From a virus, in the IMG/VR virus record IMGVR_UViG_3300030099_007635, positions 41,431 through 105,430 of that record: a stretch of DNA of 64,000 bases. One strand, written 5' to 3'. The notes beneath the pieces are model-generated. The model was not told where the DNA came from, searched no databases, and worked only from the letters and a program-made list of their open reading frames with translations. This document shows, piece by piece, positions 10,394 through 20,588 of this stretch. A program made the translations under genes and the position numbers. Within the stretch, counting starts at the first letter, position 1. Every line of letters starts with the position of its first letter.

Positions 10394-10896
10394 TATATAG
10401 TTGAATGAAGAAAAATTTGATGAAGGCACTCCACTATTCCATAGTCATCGGAGTCTACCCAGTAATTAATTGAAGCTGTGTTTTCTGCTTTTTCCCTTAA
10501 GGTGTTATTTTCATTAAAACCAGTTAAAACAACATGTTTTGTTTCTACATCTTGGCAATATTTAAGGCAATTAATAATATTTTTTGATTCTCCAGAAGAA
10601 GAAATTAATATTACCAAACTTCTTGGGCGCTCAAGTTGTGTTAAAAACATTGCAAAAGCCTCATCTTGACCATAATCATTAATATAACATGTTAATCTTG
10701 ACGGGTCTGAAAAAGAGATAGCTTTTTTACCCAGCACCTTGGTATAATCTTGTGCAATATGTGAAGCGATTGAATTGCTACCCCCATTGCCTAAGATAAT
10801 TATCTCTCTGTGATCGTCCACTAGAGATTTTAAGTTTTCACATAGTGTTGTTTCTTCTAATTGAGCGAGAAGATGTCGTAATTTTTCTATATTCAT
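10393..10896 (-). CDS. gmhA: Phosphoheptose isomerase (SIS domain, GmhA-like)
   Basis: GNGGSNSIASH, NDYG, ISSSGESKNI, LTGF, ECLH. Confidence 0.8.
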   Translation of the reverse strand: MNIEKLRHLLAQLEETTLCENLKSLVDDHREIIILGNGGSNSIASHIAQDYTKVLGKKAISFSDPSRLTCYINDYGQDEAFAMFLTQLERPRSLVILISSSGESKNIINCLKYCQDVETKHVVLTGFNENNTLREKAENTASINYWVDSDDYGIVECLHQIFLHSTI

Positions 10897-11813
10897 ATCT
10901 TAAATGATTTAGCGCCTCCATTGGCTATTTCAATTTCAATAGAGTCTTCTAGGTTAATCTGGTTAGATGTGACACAGAAGAAATATCCTCCTCCACCTGC
11001 TCCACATAAGCGATGAGAGAGGATTGCGGGATTATCCTCTAGCAATAAATCTAAATCTCTTAGGGATTTGTTGGAGACAACGTGAGGAGTTTGTCTTTTT
11101 TTTATGCGCCAACCATCATTAATTGTCTTAAGGGCTTTGTCAATGAGATCTTTCTCGATATAGTCTTTTAAATTTGAAGCGCACTCAAAAAAAGGAAAGA
11201 GGTTAGACTCTACTGTTGTCTCTAAACACTTTGTGGATTGCCTCGTTATATTAGTGGGCATCAACCACATTTTAAAATCTTTAAAAATCTTAGAGTCTAG
11301 GTGTGTAATTTTGGGGCTTTGCGAATACTCTGAAAACTCCATATGCTTTAAGCCGCTCATTCCGCAACCGTAAGGGTCTTGTCTTCCTGTTAATGGGTTA
11401 AATGTTCTCTCTATTTCTAACGCTATTTTACAGATTTCAAAATTAGATTTCTTTAAATCATAAAAATCGTTGAATGCTTTTAAAATTGCAATGCAAAAGG
11501 ATGAAGAAGAAGCTAACCCACTTCCCGTGGAATAAATGTCACTATTAAATGTTATAGTGACAGGACCATTATCATAGCGCCTAAAGACTTCTCTGGCTAA
11601 ATTATTCTTAATATTTTTCCAGTGTTTAACTTTCTCTGGGCGAGAATAGTTAATAATATACTCGTCACGGTGATTATTGTGTATCGAAACCGAGGTGTAT
11701 AAATTGCAAGGAAAGCTAACAACATGACCTGAGCCGTGTGTCGTTATAAATTTTTCTAAATCTGTTCCTCCACCCGCAAGAGAAACTCTTAAGGGACATT
11801 TAGCTACAACCAT
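10893..11813 (-). CDS. hddA: GHMP sugar kinase (HddA-like heptose-7-phosphate kinase)
   Basis: PLRVSLAGGGTD, GSGLASSS, GRQDPY, LCGAGGGGY. Confidence 0.8.
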   Translation of the reverse strand: MVVAKCPLRVSLAGGGTDLEKFITTHGSGHVVSFPCNLYTSVSIHNNHRDEYIINYSRPEKVKHWKNIKNNLAREVFRRYDNGPVTITFNSDIYSTGSGLASSSSFCIAILKAFNDFYDLKKSNFEICKIALEIERTFNPLTGRQDPYGCGMSGLKHMEFSEYSQSPKITHLDSKIFKDFKMWLMPTNITRQSTKCLETTVESNLFPFFECASNLKDYIEKDLIDKALKTINDGWRIKKRQTPHVVSNKSLRDLDLLLEDNPAILSHRLCGAGGGGYFFCVTSNQINLEDSIEIEIANGGAKSFKI

Positions 11814-12546
11814 TTTTGCACATAAAGTAGTAAGAGTTATCGTGATTTCTTAATTTTGTTTTGAAGTCGTAATCTTTGACAGTAAAATATTTACTCAATA
11901 TTTCATCCCAAGGCTCTTTGGAATCAAAGACGGTTTTATGAAGTAAAAATTGTTTAGAATCAGCATTGTATTCTGGGCAATCTTGATGAAATCCATTTTC
12001 ATCTCTGACATCAGGGAAAAGAGCGATGCTACCAAAAAATAAGCCATCTTCACTCAAGTGTTCAGATACGTTTTTAAAGAAAATATCTAAATCTTTTTCA
12101 TTAAAATGTTCTATAACCTCCCAACAGGTAATAACATCAAATTTAATTTTATTGTTTGTCTCGTCTAGTATTGAAAAATTTTCTACTAAGTTCGCGTGGC
12201 GTAAAACCTGTCTGTTTTCCTCTATTAGCCAGTTTTGGTGTTTATATACGCCACAGCTACCGTCTAAACCAATGCAAACATTTGTCTCTGAACGTTTATG
12301 AAAATCTAAGATAAGCTGTCCTGCTGCACACCCCAAATCTAAGCAATTTATTTTTTCTTTTGTAAATCGTGATAAGGATTCTTCAATAAGATCTCTATCT
12401 GTATGGTTGTCTTCGCCAGCAGAACAGTTCATCTTTAATGGCTTTAGTCTTATCTCGGACGGATCTTTCTCTGAGACTTCTCCATGAAGAGTAAAATCTG
12501 GCTCATTTATGCAGAAGGGGTGGTTTGTTTTGACTACGGTGTTCAT
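11800..12546 (-). CDS. Class I SAM-dependent methyltransferase
   Basis: LDLGCAAG, FDVITCWEVIEH. Confidence 0.85.
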   Translation of the reverse strand: MNTVVKTNHPFCINEPDFTLHGEVSEKDPSEIRLKPLKMNCSAGEDNHTDRDLIEESLSRFTKEKINCLDLGCAAGQLILDFHKRSETNVCIGLDGSCGVYKHQNWLIEENRQVLRHANLVENFSILDETNNKIKFDVITCWEVIEHFNEKDLDIFFKNVSEHLSEDGLFFGSIALFPDVRDENGFHQDCPEYNADSKQFLLHKTVFDSKEPWDEILSKYFTVKDYDFKTKLRNHDNSYYFMCKNGCS

Positions 12547-12547
12547 A

Positions 12548-13531
12548 TTATTGTAAGAAAATTTTATTAAATGTGTTCATTATCACTTCTGGCTTAAATT
12601 GATCATAGCAATTCCAGTTTTTTTCGGGTTCTGGAGTGAAATTAATTAGTTTCTCATACATTTCTTCTGCATTATTATAATAGATACCTTTTTCACCTAA
12701 GGTCTCAATGTGGTGCTTATCTTTCGATAAACTCCATGTGATAATTGGTTTGTTAAGGCTAGAGAATTCGCCACAGGCGCAACCAAAGCTTTCTCCTTCG
12801 GCCCTCGCGTGAATCATAGCATCACAAGTGTTTATAAATTGAGATTTAATCTTAAGATCTGCGGAAGGTTCTAACTTTAGAGCACGGGGGTGAGAAAATG
12901 AAAGGTTCGTATTTTGAAACAAGAAATATATATTTTCATCTGAGTGTAGAACATGCTCCACTACGTTATCTGCCCAAGGTAAATTCCAACCATACTCTCC
13001 ACCAGTCCTTCCAAAAACTCTAGCTGACAATGGAATTCCTAGCTCTTTGCGTAAATTGCCCTCGTCCTTTGAGAGAGGTGTAATCATGCTGGGGACAGCA
13101 GGGTAGCGACCACCAGAGGCGACCTTGCTTAGCCACTCTGAAACATAAGCATATACATCTCCATGTGGGTCACAAACTGGAGCGGCACATAATACCAGTG
13201 TTTTACATATCCGAGAAACAACGCCGTCATTGTTTCCAAATTTTTGCATATAAAGAGCATCACAATTTTGTGAAGCAATTACCTCGTCTAACAGGGGAAC
13301 TGTTATCCTGCTGTTCCATGTCCAGTTTTCTTCTGGACTGTTTAAGGTAAAAATATCAGAGAACCTAGTTTGGAATTTCTGAATGACAGACGGATGATTT
13401 GCGTTATTCCCCTTATTATAAATGATAACAGATTCGTTACCAAGTAACTTTTCATTGTAATCAGCGAAATCATAAAGAGTTATTTCAGTTCCACCAAGAG
13501 AAAGGTGAGGGGAATAAAAAGCAATTTTCAT
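12548..13531 (-). CDS. GT-B fold glycosyltransferase
   Basis: GGTE, FGRTGG, CDAMIHARAEGESFG.ACGEF...KPIIT. Confidence 0.8.
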   Translation of the reverse strand: MKIAFYSPHLSLGGTEITLYDFADYNEKLLGNESVIIYNKGNNANHPSVIQKFQTRFSDIFTLNSPEENWTWNSRITVPLLDEVIASQNCDALYMQKFGNNDGVVSRICKTLVLCAAPVCDPHGDVYAYVSEWLSKVASGGRYPAVPSMITPLSKDEGNLRKELGIPLSARVFGRTGGEYGWNLPWADNVVEHVLHSDENIYFLFQNTNLSFSHPRALKLEPSADLKIKSQFINTCDAMIHARAEGESFGCACGEFSSLNKPIITWSLSKDKHHIETLGEKGIYYNNAEEMYEKLINFTPEPEKNWNCYDQFKPEVIMNTFNKIFLQ

Positions 13532-13534
13532 TTC

Positions 13535-14494
13535 TCATGAATTGTATACGGAGTTATATTTTGTAATAATTCCTTTTAAATATGATTGGTGGATTTTGGG
13601 CGTTACAAAAGGCTTAGCAAATTTTGTCTGTTTTTTGCTTAATTTTTCCGCAACAGAAGGGTTTTTATTTAGCCAATTTACGGTGGCTTCCCAATCTATT
13701 TCATCAACATGCAGGAAGGCTCCAAAAGTTTTAAAGTAGTGATAATACCAGGACATATCATGACGCTTGGGGGTAAGGTAAATACAAAGAGAGTTTGAAT
13801 ACATCGCCCATAAAAGTCTGTCCCAACAATTTGTTTCTCCGTTGATGTTAAAAATGTATTTATACTTCATTTGATCAGATGGAGCGACAAAGCCACCCTC
13901 AATCTTTTTCCAGTCGTATTTTTCTAGATACTCCGCATGCCCATTCGGAGTTACGTTCATGAAGAAGTTTGTTATTTTAAAGTCTGCTATCTCTGAGTCT
14001 TGGTTTTCCCAACAGAACGTAAATCTTTGATTTTCTTTGGGGTTGGCTCCTCCGCAATAACTTCCTGCAAATACGGCTCGATCATTTTTGCTAGAAAAAT
14101 CTATATCCCACTCTCCAAAATAATTAACTAACTGTGCAACGTTAAAGATGTGAGGGTCGGGAATTAAAATATTGCGATCATTTTTGCGACGAGTAAAACA
14201 TAAGCGAGGAGCACCATCATCATAAAAAGTTAAATCATCGCCAAAGTAAATAATTGTTTCAAAATCTATATCGGAAAAATCTAACCCACAACCAGATAAA
14301 AGATTCATAAAGGTTCTAATTCTGGAATGGTCTTGGGTGTCGTGTTCCCTGAAAATGTGAACTCCCCCCTTGTTAATTCGTGCGTGAATTTCTTGCGGTC
14401 TTAATTCTGAGCTTTCTAGGTTTTTAAAGTCCCCCTTTGTCAAGTGAGAGATTTCTTTGTTAACACAAAAATCTACAATTTGTTTTTCGGTCAT
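13535..14494 (-). CDS. GT90/CAP10-like glycosyltransferase
   Basis: KNDRAVFAGS.CG, QMKYKYIFNINGE..WDRL, WYYHY; start MTEKQ at 14494 (ATGA overlap). Confidence 0.7.
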   Translation of the reverse strand: MTEKQIVDFCVNKEISHLTKGDFKNLESSELRPQEIHARINKGGVHIFREHDTQDHSRIRTFMNLLSGCGLDFSDIDFETIIYFGDDLTFYDDGAPRLCFTRRKNDRNILIPDPHIFNVAQLVNYFGEWDIDFSSKNDRAVFAGSYCGGANPKENQRFTFCWENQDSEIADFKITNFFMNVTPNGHAEYLEKYDWKKIEGGFVAPSDQMKYKYIFNINGETNCWDRLLWAMYSNSLCIYLTPKRHDMSWYYHYFKTFGAFLHVDEIDWEATVNWLNKNPSVAEKLSKKQTKFAKPFVTPKIHQSYLKGIITKYNSVYNS

Positions 14495-15402
14495 GACTGC
14501 TGTGTGTTTATCCAGTCTAAAAGGTTGGTTTCTGGCTTCCACCCCAAAATATATTCAGCCTTAGAATTACCCGCTAAGCTTTCTTTAATTTCACCCAGAC
14601 GAGGCTTAATGAAAACATAATCTCCTTTAATGTGTTCTGCTATTTCTAGAATGCTGTAATTTCTACCCGTTCCAATATTAAAGGTTTCTCCTGAAACTTT
14701 ATCATTGTCTAGATTGGCGGCTAAAACATTAGCCCTAACAACATCCCCAACATAGGTGAAGTCTCTTCTTTGAGTCCCGTCACCAATGACGGTCATAGGT
14801 TCTCCATCTCCTTTTTGTCTTAAAAAGATTCCAATGACGGGCGCATATTGGCCTTTTAATGGTTGCCTCTCACCGTAGACATTGAAATATCGCAGGATTG
14901 AGGTTTGTAAACCAAAGAGGTTTGTATACATTTTGCAAAACTCTTCTCCTGCCACTTTGCTCACTGAATATGGATTAAGGCAGTCGTTTGTCATTACCTC
15001 CACATTCGGAATGGTGTTTTTGATTCCATAAGAGGCAGAAGTCGAGCTATATACTACTCTTTTTACCCCAGATTCTTTTGAGCACTGTAGAATAGTGCAA
15101 GTGCCAACCGTATTAACTTGAGCCGCCAGAATTGGATTCTTTAGAGTGGGCTGAATACGAGACTCGGCGGCAAGATGAAATACTATATCCACCCCATCAA
15201 ACAATGGCCTGATATTTTCATAGTCACAAATATCCAATTTGTGATTTTCTGCTTGATCATTCCAATAAAATGAATCGTGTGATTCACTTGATTCATTATC
15301 TATGACTTTTACTTTCCATCCTAGACTTATAAGATAATCTGTTAGATTAGATCCAATAAACCCCGCACCACCAGTAATAATCGCTGTTTTTTTATTTTGC
15401 AT
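14491..15402 (-). CDS. NAD-dependent nucleotide-sugar epimerase/dehydratase
   Basis: TGGAGFIGS, YSSTSASYG, YSVSK, LRYFNVYG, GDGTQRRDF. Confidence 0.9.
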   Translation of the reverse strand: MQNKKTAIITGGAGFIGSNLTDYLISLGWKVKVIDNESSESHDSFYWNDQAENHKLDICDYENIRPLFDGVDIVFHLAAESRIQPTLKNPILAAQVNTVGTCTILQCSKESGVKRVVYSSTSASYGIKNTIPNVEVMTNDCLNPYSVSKVAGEEFCKMYTNLFGLQTSILRYFNVYGERQPLKGQYAPVIGIFLRQKGDGEPMTVIGDGTQRRDFTYVGDVVRANVLAANLDNDKVSGETFNIGTGRNYSILEIAEHIKGDYVFIKPRLGEIKESLAGNSKAEYILGWKPETNLLDWINTQQS

Positions 15403-16240
15403 TATGCTTAAGGCTGTTTATTAGGGATTTAACCCTTTTCGTATAGGAATGCGTGGAAGAAAGAAATTCTCCCTGCTTGGATATTTTATCAAGTTTGTCC
15501 TTATTGTCTAAATAATACTTTAATTTTTCCGTTAATGAGTCAAGGTCGCGATAAAAAATCACATTTTCCCCATCTCTGAAACCAAGATAGTCATACATGT
15601 GATTATGATCTGTTATTAGCGCCGTTCCGCATCCAATCGTTTCAAAATTGCGATAATTTAAATCGTTAAACATATTTTTATTAAAGTGCAGTTTTGTTTT
15701 GTTTATTGTCTCAACCATTTTGTCACCAATAACGAAAATGTGCTGCTGCAAATTAAAAGTTTGAGTTAAAAAATCTAAAAGACCCTTTCTATTAACGTGG
15801 TTGCCCACAAAAGACAGATCAATTGATTTGTCTAGTTTAAGGTTTTTTATTTTTTTATCGCAGAAGGCATTGGCAAACCAAAGGTGGTGTGGCTCTCTCA
15901 CATAATCTAAGGTAGAGTGTAATAGTAGTTGATATTTTCCTTTTTTGAAGATTTCCTCATAGGGTTCCTCACCTCGACAATGTGCGTCGATACTCCATAA
16001 CATCTTAAATGGCTTGTTACATTTTGATAAATCGGGAAGCCACTCGTCTCCGTAATTTTCTAAATTTAAAATAAAATCAAAACTATTGAAATTGGGAGGA
16101 GTTTCGAAATTTTCATGTCCTTTACCGTAGACGGTAGGCTCCCAACCCTCTTCTTTAAAGGCGCGATAAAGACATAAACACTCCCTAAAGTCTGAGTTTT
16201 CAACATGGCGACTCGCCTCTTGTATAATTAATATTTTCAT
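15392..16240 (-). CDS. Glycosyltransferase (CgeB-like GT-B)
   Basis: DLSFVG, NYRNFETIGCG..LITD, EKLKYYL, HSYTKRV. Confidence 0.75.
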   Translation of the reverse strand: MKILIIQEASRHVENSDFRECLCLYRAFKEEGWEPTVYGKGHENFETPPNFNSFDFILNLENYGDEWLPDLSKCNKPFKMLWSIDAHCRGEEPYEEIFKKGKYQLLLHSTLDYVREPHHLWFANAFCDKKIKNLKLDKSIDLSFVGNHVNRKGLLDFLTQTFNLQQHIFVIGDKMVETINKTKLHFNKNMFNDLNYRNFETIGCGTALITDHNHMYDYLGFRDGENVIFYRDLDSLTEKLKYYLDNKDKLDKISKQGEFLSSTHSYTKRVKSLINSLKHNAK

Positions 16241-16938
16241 GGGCGAAAAAAGTTTTTCTTATACCCTTTAAATTTGACTAATAGGTCTGACTCAATCTCG
16301 GGAGGCATTGATTTGTTGTATTTTCCTTGTCCCAATGACTTTAGCTCTGATAACTTTTTCTCTTGTAGAATTTTTAATGAATCCAGCATGAGTTTTTGCT
16401 CTAAATTTTGAATTCGTAATTGAATATCTAACAAGCTATCGTCGGGATATACTTTAATATCTTTTCTTTTTAAAAGCTTTCCCTTGTCTATTTCGGCGTT
16501 TATAAGGTGAGCGGTTGCGCCTTGAGGTAAATTGTCCTCTATTGCCCACTTTATTGTATCTAAACCTCTGTTTTCTGGCAAAATCCCAGGATGCATGTTT
16601 ATAACCCCAATCTTAAAATCTTCAAAAGCAACAGGCTTAAGTATTCTGGCTCCTAGTATAATTCCCACATCAAGTTCGTTGATATTTATTAGATTTTTAA
16701 CCTTTTGGGAGTTATGTTTAACCACATGATATTCTATTCCATAAAAATCACACAGTTTTTTAGGGTGAGTCAAAAATAAGTCTTTGGGTCCAGTTCTTAT
16801 TTTAGATTGATAAAATTTTAATTCCACTGGGTCTGCCGCGAAAACAATTTCAGGTTTATATCCCTCAATACACAAATTATGCAAACCCATTTGTGTCTTT
16901 AGATGAGGGAAGTTATATGCAAAAACTCCTATTTTCAT
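16237..16938 (-). CDS. Formyltransferase-family protein
   Basis: INMHPGILPENRG, GATAHLINAEIDKG. Confidence 0.8.
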   Translation of the reverse strand: MKIGVFAYNFPHLKTQMGLHNLCIEGYKPEIVFAADPVELKFYQSKIRTGPKDLFLTHPKKLCDFYGIEYHVVKHNSQKVKNLININELDVGIILGARILKPVAFEDFKIGVINMHPGILPENRGLDTIKWAIEDNLPQGATAHLINAEIDKGKLLKRKDIKVYPDDSLLDIQLRIQNLEQKLMLDSLKILQEKKLSELKSLGQGKYNKSMPPEIESDLLVKFKGYKKNFFRP

Positions 16939-17735
16939 ATTAATTTAGACAATAGCATATGAGACTTGCGGCAGTCGAGCTTTTTATTGCTGAAAAAAAA
17001 CTTTTGCTCGTTTTCGATTGAAGATGCCTTTTCTACAAAAAGCGATTCAGAAACATGATGTCCATTTAATTGCCAATGTTTTATTACTGACTGCTCTTGT
17101 AGATCTGCTATATAAGTGCAATTGGATTGGCGAACTATTATTTTTCTTTCTTTAAAGAAAGTATCTTTGCTCCAGATCATTCTGCATAAAGGAGAAGACG
17201 AGGAAAATACTGTTGTTTTATTAAGCTTCATAACTTTATAATCTGTTACCTCGTCTAAATCTAAAAGGTGAAAAAGTAAATCTATGTCGTGTATCCCAAT
17301 GTCTTCAAAAATAGAAACGTCTGAGGACTCTTCAGAAACACAACATCTACTAAAGTCTATGTTTATAAGCTTGTCTTTTTCTATGCTTTTTTTTAAGGTT
17401 TGGATTGTAGGATTAAATCTTTCAACCATTCCTACCATAAGGTTTTCATCTGCCAACATGATATCAACGTGACCTTTTTTCAGAGCCACAGGCTTTTCCA
17501 CAAAAATCTTACCCTTATATCCGCTATTTCTCACATACACATAATTGTCGTAGTGATATTTTTCGGGAGATGTAATAAATATTCTATCAAAACAATTTAA
17601 ATTATTTAAATCACACCTTTTGGACAAAGGTCCAACTGGATCGGGATCATACCAATACCAGTCTATATTGTTTTTGGTTAAATATTTAGCGTGAACCTTG
17701 CCTATGTTTCCATAGCCTATTATTAAACACTTCAT
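16935..17735 (-). CDS. Gfo/Idh/MocA oxidoreductase
   Basis: IIGYGNIG, VEKP, ERFNP, DIGIHDID. Confidence 0.85.
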   Translation of the reverse strand: MKCLIIGYGNIGKVHAKYLTKNNIDWYWYDPDPVGPLSKRCDLNNLNCFDRIFITSPEKYHYDNYVYVRNSGYKGKIFVEKPVALKKGHVDIMLADENLMVGMVERFNPTIQTLKKSIEKDKLINIDFSRCCVSEESSDVSIFEDIGIHDIDLLFHLLDLDEVTDYKVMKLNKTTVFSSSSPLCRMIWSKDTFFKERKIIVRQSNCTYIADLQEQSVIKHWQLNGHHVSESLFVEKASSIENEQKFFFSNKKLDCRKSHMLLSKLI

Positions 17736-18079
17736 AGTTCTTCAATTCTTTTGGCCTTGTCATCAATTACTAAATCAAAAGCTGGTTTAGGTTTTGGGCT
17801 TGTCCCTGTAATCAATTCGTGATATTTACAACCCCATTGTTGAAGTTGTTGTGTTGTGTATTCATAATAATCTACGCCTGAAGTCGCCCCTCTCGCAGTC
17901 CAATAAATAATCCTCCAGCCTTTCTCATAAAGGCCGTTTATCTTTTCTATATTTTTTTTGCTTGGAATTGCTAAATCATATCGTCGAGAACCTTTTTTAT
18001 AATAACAGATGGTTTCGTCTATATCTACTAATGCCACCTTCCCTGTAATTGTTTTTTTGCTAGCTTCTTGAAAGTTCAT
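17732..18079 (-). CDS. Small HAD-family phosphatase
   Basis: VDIDETI, WTARG, KP, IDDK. Confidence 0.8.
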   Translation of the reverse strand: MNFQEASKKTITGKVALVDIDETICYYKKGSRRYDLAIPSKKNIEKINGLYEKGWRIIYWTARGATSGVDYYEYTTQQLQQWGCKYHELITGTSPKPKPAFDLVIDDKAKRIEEL

Positions 18080-18080
18080 T

Positions 18081-18728
18081 TTAATAGTTTTCTGTAGGAG
18101 AATTTTTATACCACCAAAGAGGGTGAGTGCTGACTAATAGCTTCTTCCATTTGTTTAAGTGCAGAGAAAAACAGCCCTCTCGCCACCTACAGCTACTATC
18201 TGATAAATATTTAAAATCCCTAAAGGTAGAAGAATTGGGACATCTATTTTTTTCAGGAATAAGGTCTTTTACATCTATTCCCGTTCTAACTGGTTCGTGG
18301 ATATTGAAGCATTTTATTTCTTTTCCTAGAATGTTAGAGAGTATTTTTAACTCGCTATTAACATGTTCTTCGTGTGAAGCGTTTTGGGGGCAAAAACTAG
18401 GCTCATAATGCAGTCCTATTTGCTGTCCAGCATTTAGTATTTTTTTGGCTATTTCAATAGAAGCTGGTGATAGCATATTGTATTGTCTTGCATGTAATCT
18501 TAAGAAATAAGTCGAAATAACACCAAGCTCTTTTTCTGTGTCCAAAAAATTAGAACAAAGAGATATGTCGTGATCAACATCATGAACTAACACAATTATT
18601 TTGCAACTGTCTGCCAAGGGCAATCCTGCCCCTCCATCCCATGGGGTGATTGCATCACGAAATACATATCCCTCATCTTTGTATTTTTGTAACGTGTTTT
18701 TGTAATGTCTTATGGTAAAGTCGCTCAT
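18081..18728 (-). CDS. Polysaccharide deacetylase-like protein
   Basis: HDVDHD, STYF, IGLHY, HEP, YLSDS, THPLWW. Confidence 0.65.
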   Translation of the reverse strand: MSDFTIRHYKNTLQKYKDEGYVFRDAITPWDGGAGLPLADSCKIIVLVHDVDHDISLCSNFLDTEKELGVISTYFLRLHARQYNMLSPASIEIAKKILNAGQQIGLHYEPSFCPQNASHEEHVNSELKILSNILGKEIKCFNIHEPVRTGIDVKDLIPEKNRCPNSSTFRDFKYLSDSSCRWREGCFSLHLNKWKKLLVSTHPLWWYKNSPTENY

Positions 18729-18729
18729 T

Positions 18730-19794
18730 TTATTTATCTATAACCCTCCCGTTATATTCAAAAATTTCTTTCCAAACTCTGGTTAATTTGGTTCCCCATT
18801 TTATTTTGTAATCATTTGTATTTTCTATTGATAATACTTCACAGATAGCTGCTTCAAGCAGATCAACACCCGCACCTCTACAGTGCTCCATGGTGCCTGA
18901 AACTCTGGGGTTTATTTCTAGAAGTTTGGGTTGTCCTTGTGAATTATATTTAAACTGTAGGTTTATATTATATTTTAAATCTAGAGCATTATATAAAGTC
19001 TTTGAAAGGCTTATTAAATCTTGTTTTTCTTTAGTCTCTCCCCCAGTGCATATTCCCTCTTTTATCTGATCTCTGCTTCTAGGTATACAGAAAAAATTTT
19101 TCTTTGTTCTTAAACAGTCTACGCTATACTCCTCCCCTTCTAGATATTCCATTATCATTAAATCTTGAAAAGATTTGCCGCCGTCTGATAGAATTTTGTA
19201 TAAGTCGGAGAACGAAATATTGCTTTGAGTATTTTTTTGAGAGAAGAAGTCTTTTTTGCTTATGTTTTCTTTAATTATTCTAAACCCTCTGCTGCCGTGC
19301 GCTGAAACAGGCTTGACACAAGTAGTTATTCCTTTCTTGTCAAAGAACTGATAAAGTTCAGATAAATCGTCTACATTATTACAGATATTATAACTGGGAA
19401 TAATCTGCCCAAGCCCCACTTTTTTACAAAACTTAAATAAGCTGTCCTTGTTTAATATTTTTTTCAAGGAAGAGCTTCCTGATGCAAGTATTTTACAAGA
19501 TATGCTTGAAAAATCTGAAGCAGCAGTCGCTAAAGGTATTAACTCTTCATCTGCACAAGGTATAATGAGTTTTATGTTGTTTTTTTTACAATAGCTGAAT
19601 AGTGTGGGAATATATTCTGGAGACGCTCCTTTGGGGGATTTAAATGAGTGTTCAGCAAACTTAAGACCAAGAGAGTCTGGGTTCATATCGCAGCCATGAA
19701 TCGAAACATCCCTTAAAAGAGAAGAAGATTTAATAGAATTTCTAATATTAAGAAACCCAGGACAACCAGCGGCTGTTACTAAAATGTTTGTCAT
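18730..19794 (-). CDS. ATP-grasp ligase
   Basis: VKP...GSRG, MEYLEGEEYSVD, NLQF, LLEINPRVSG. Confidence 0.85.
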   Translation of the reverse strand: MTNILVTAAGCPGFLNIRNSIKSSSLLRDVSIHGCDMNPDSLGLKFAEHSFKSPKGASPEYIPTLFSYCKKNNIKLIIPCADEELIPLATAASDFSSISCKILASGSSSLKKILNKDSLFKFCKKVGLGQIIPSYNICNNVDDLSELYQFFDKKGITTCVKPVSAHGSRGFRIIKENISKKDFFSQKNTQSNISFSDLYKILSDGGKSFQDLMIMEYLEGEEYSVDCLRTKKNFFCIPRSRDQIKEGICTGGETKEKQDLISLSKTLYNALDLKYNINLQFKYNSQGQPKLLEINPRVSGTMEHCRGAGVDLLEAAICEVLSIENTNDYKIKWGTKLTRVWKEIFEYNGRVIDK

Positions 19795-20588
19795 TATCTA
19801 ATTCTTATATCTTTTAATAGTTTGTCAATTAGAGCTTGATTGTTTGGATCGCTAAGCGGTCTAACCATGTGTGCGGTCCAATAAAAACCATTGTTAATTA
19901 GCTCGGCATTGTAGCCAAAACCGTCCCTAGACCTACATATTTTCTTTGATTGAAGATTTTCTGAAACCCAAGCCTCTTCTAAAAAATATACGTCAGGGCT
20001 ATCAAAAACAAATGTTGAAATATAATCTTCATCTAATCCCCACCAATTGTTTCCTCTTCCTATCGAAGAAGCCCTTGGTAGCTGTGTTTTAATAGACCAT
20101 ACTTTATTTAATTCATCATGAAGGTCATTATCTATATTAAATACTTTTTTAAATGTAGATCCTTTTCCAGAATTTTGACCACTTCCTATGAGCTTCTCTG
20201 GGCCATATGGGTGTGGACCTAATCCAACCACAAACTTAGAATCATCTATCGGCTCTATCCTGTCCCATAAGGCGCTGGAAAGTGGAATTTCATCTATTCC
20301 AGATGTAAGACAAAAATCATTTGGGAAAAGATTTGCGATACCCCAATAAAGAGACCAAGTTACAGTCCAGTCTAGACTGGGGTTGCTTATAAATTCTTCA
20401 TGCTTAGGCAATAGGTAAACCTCTCCAAAATTAAAATTAACCTCCTTTTCAAGTTCCTCTTGAGTCCCTGCAAAAAGTAGGGTGGGAATAAGTGGCGTTT
20501 TTTTTGAATAAACTTCCGAAACAATGTTCCACATCCCCGAGTAAAGCGGATTGGAATTTAAAGCAAAAACTACTCTATCTAATTTCAT
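19794..20588 (-). CDS. Putative glycosyltransferase-like protein (paralog of 9166..9993)
   Basis: Same motif set as 9166..9993. Confidence 0.55.
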   Translation of the reverse strand: MKLDRVVFALNSNPLYSGMWNIVSEVYSKKTPLIPTLLFAGTQEELEKEVNFNFGEVYLLPKHEEFISNPSLDWTVTWSLYWGIANLFPNDFCLTSGIDEIPLSSALWDRIEPIDDSKFVVGLGPHPYGPEKLIGSGQNSGKGSTFKKVFNIDNDLHDELNKVWSIKTQLPRASSIGRGNNWWGLDEDYISTFVFDSPDVYFLEEAWVSENLQSKKICRSRDGFGYNAELINNGFYWTAHMVRPLSDPNNQALIDKLLKDIRIR

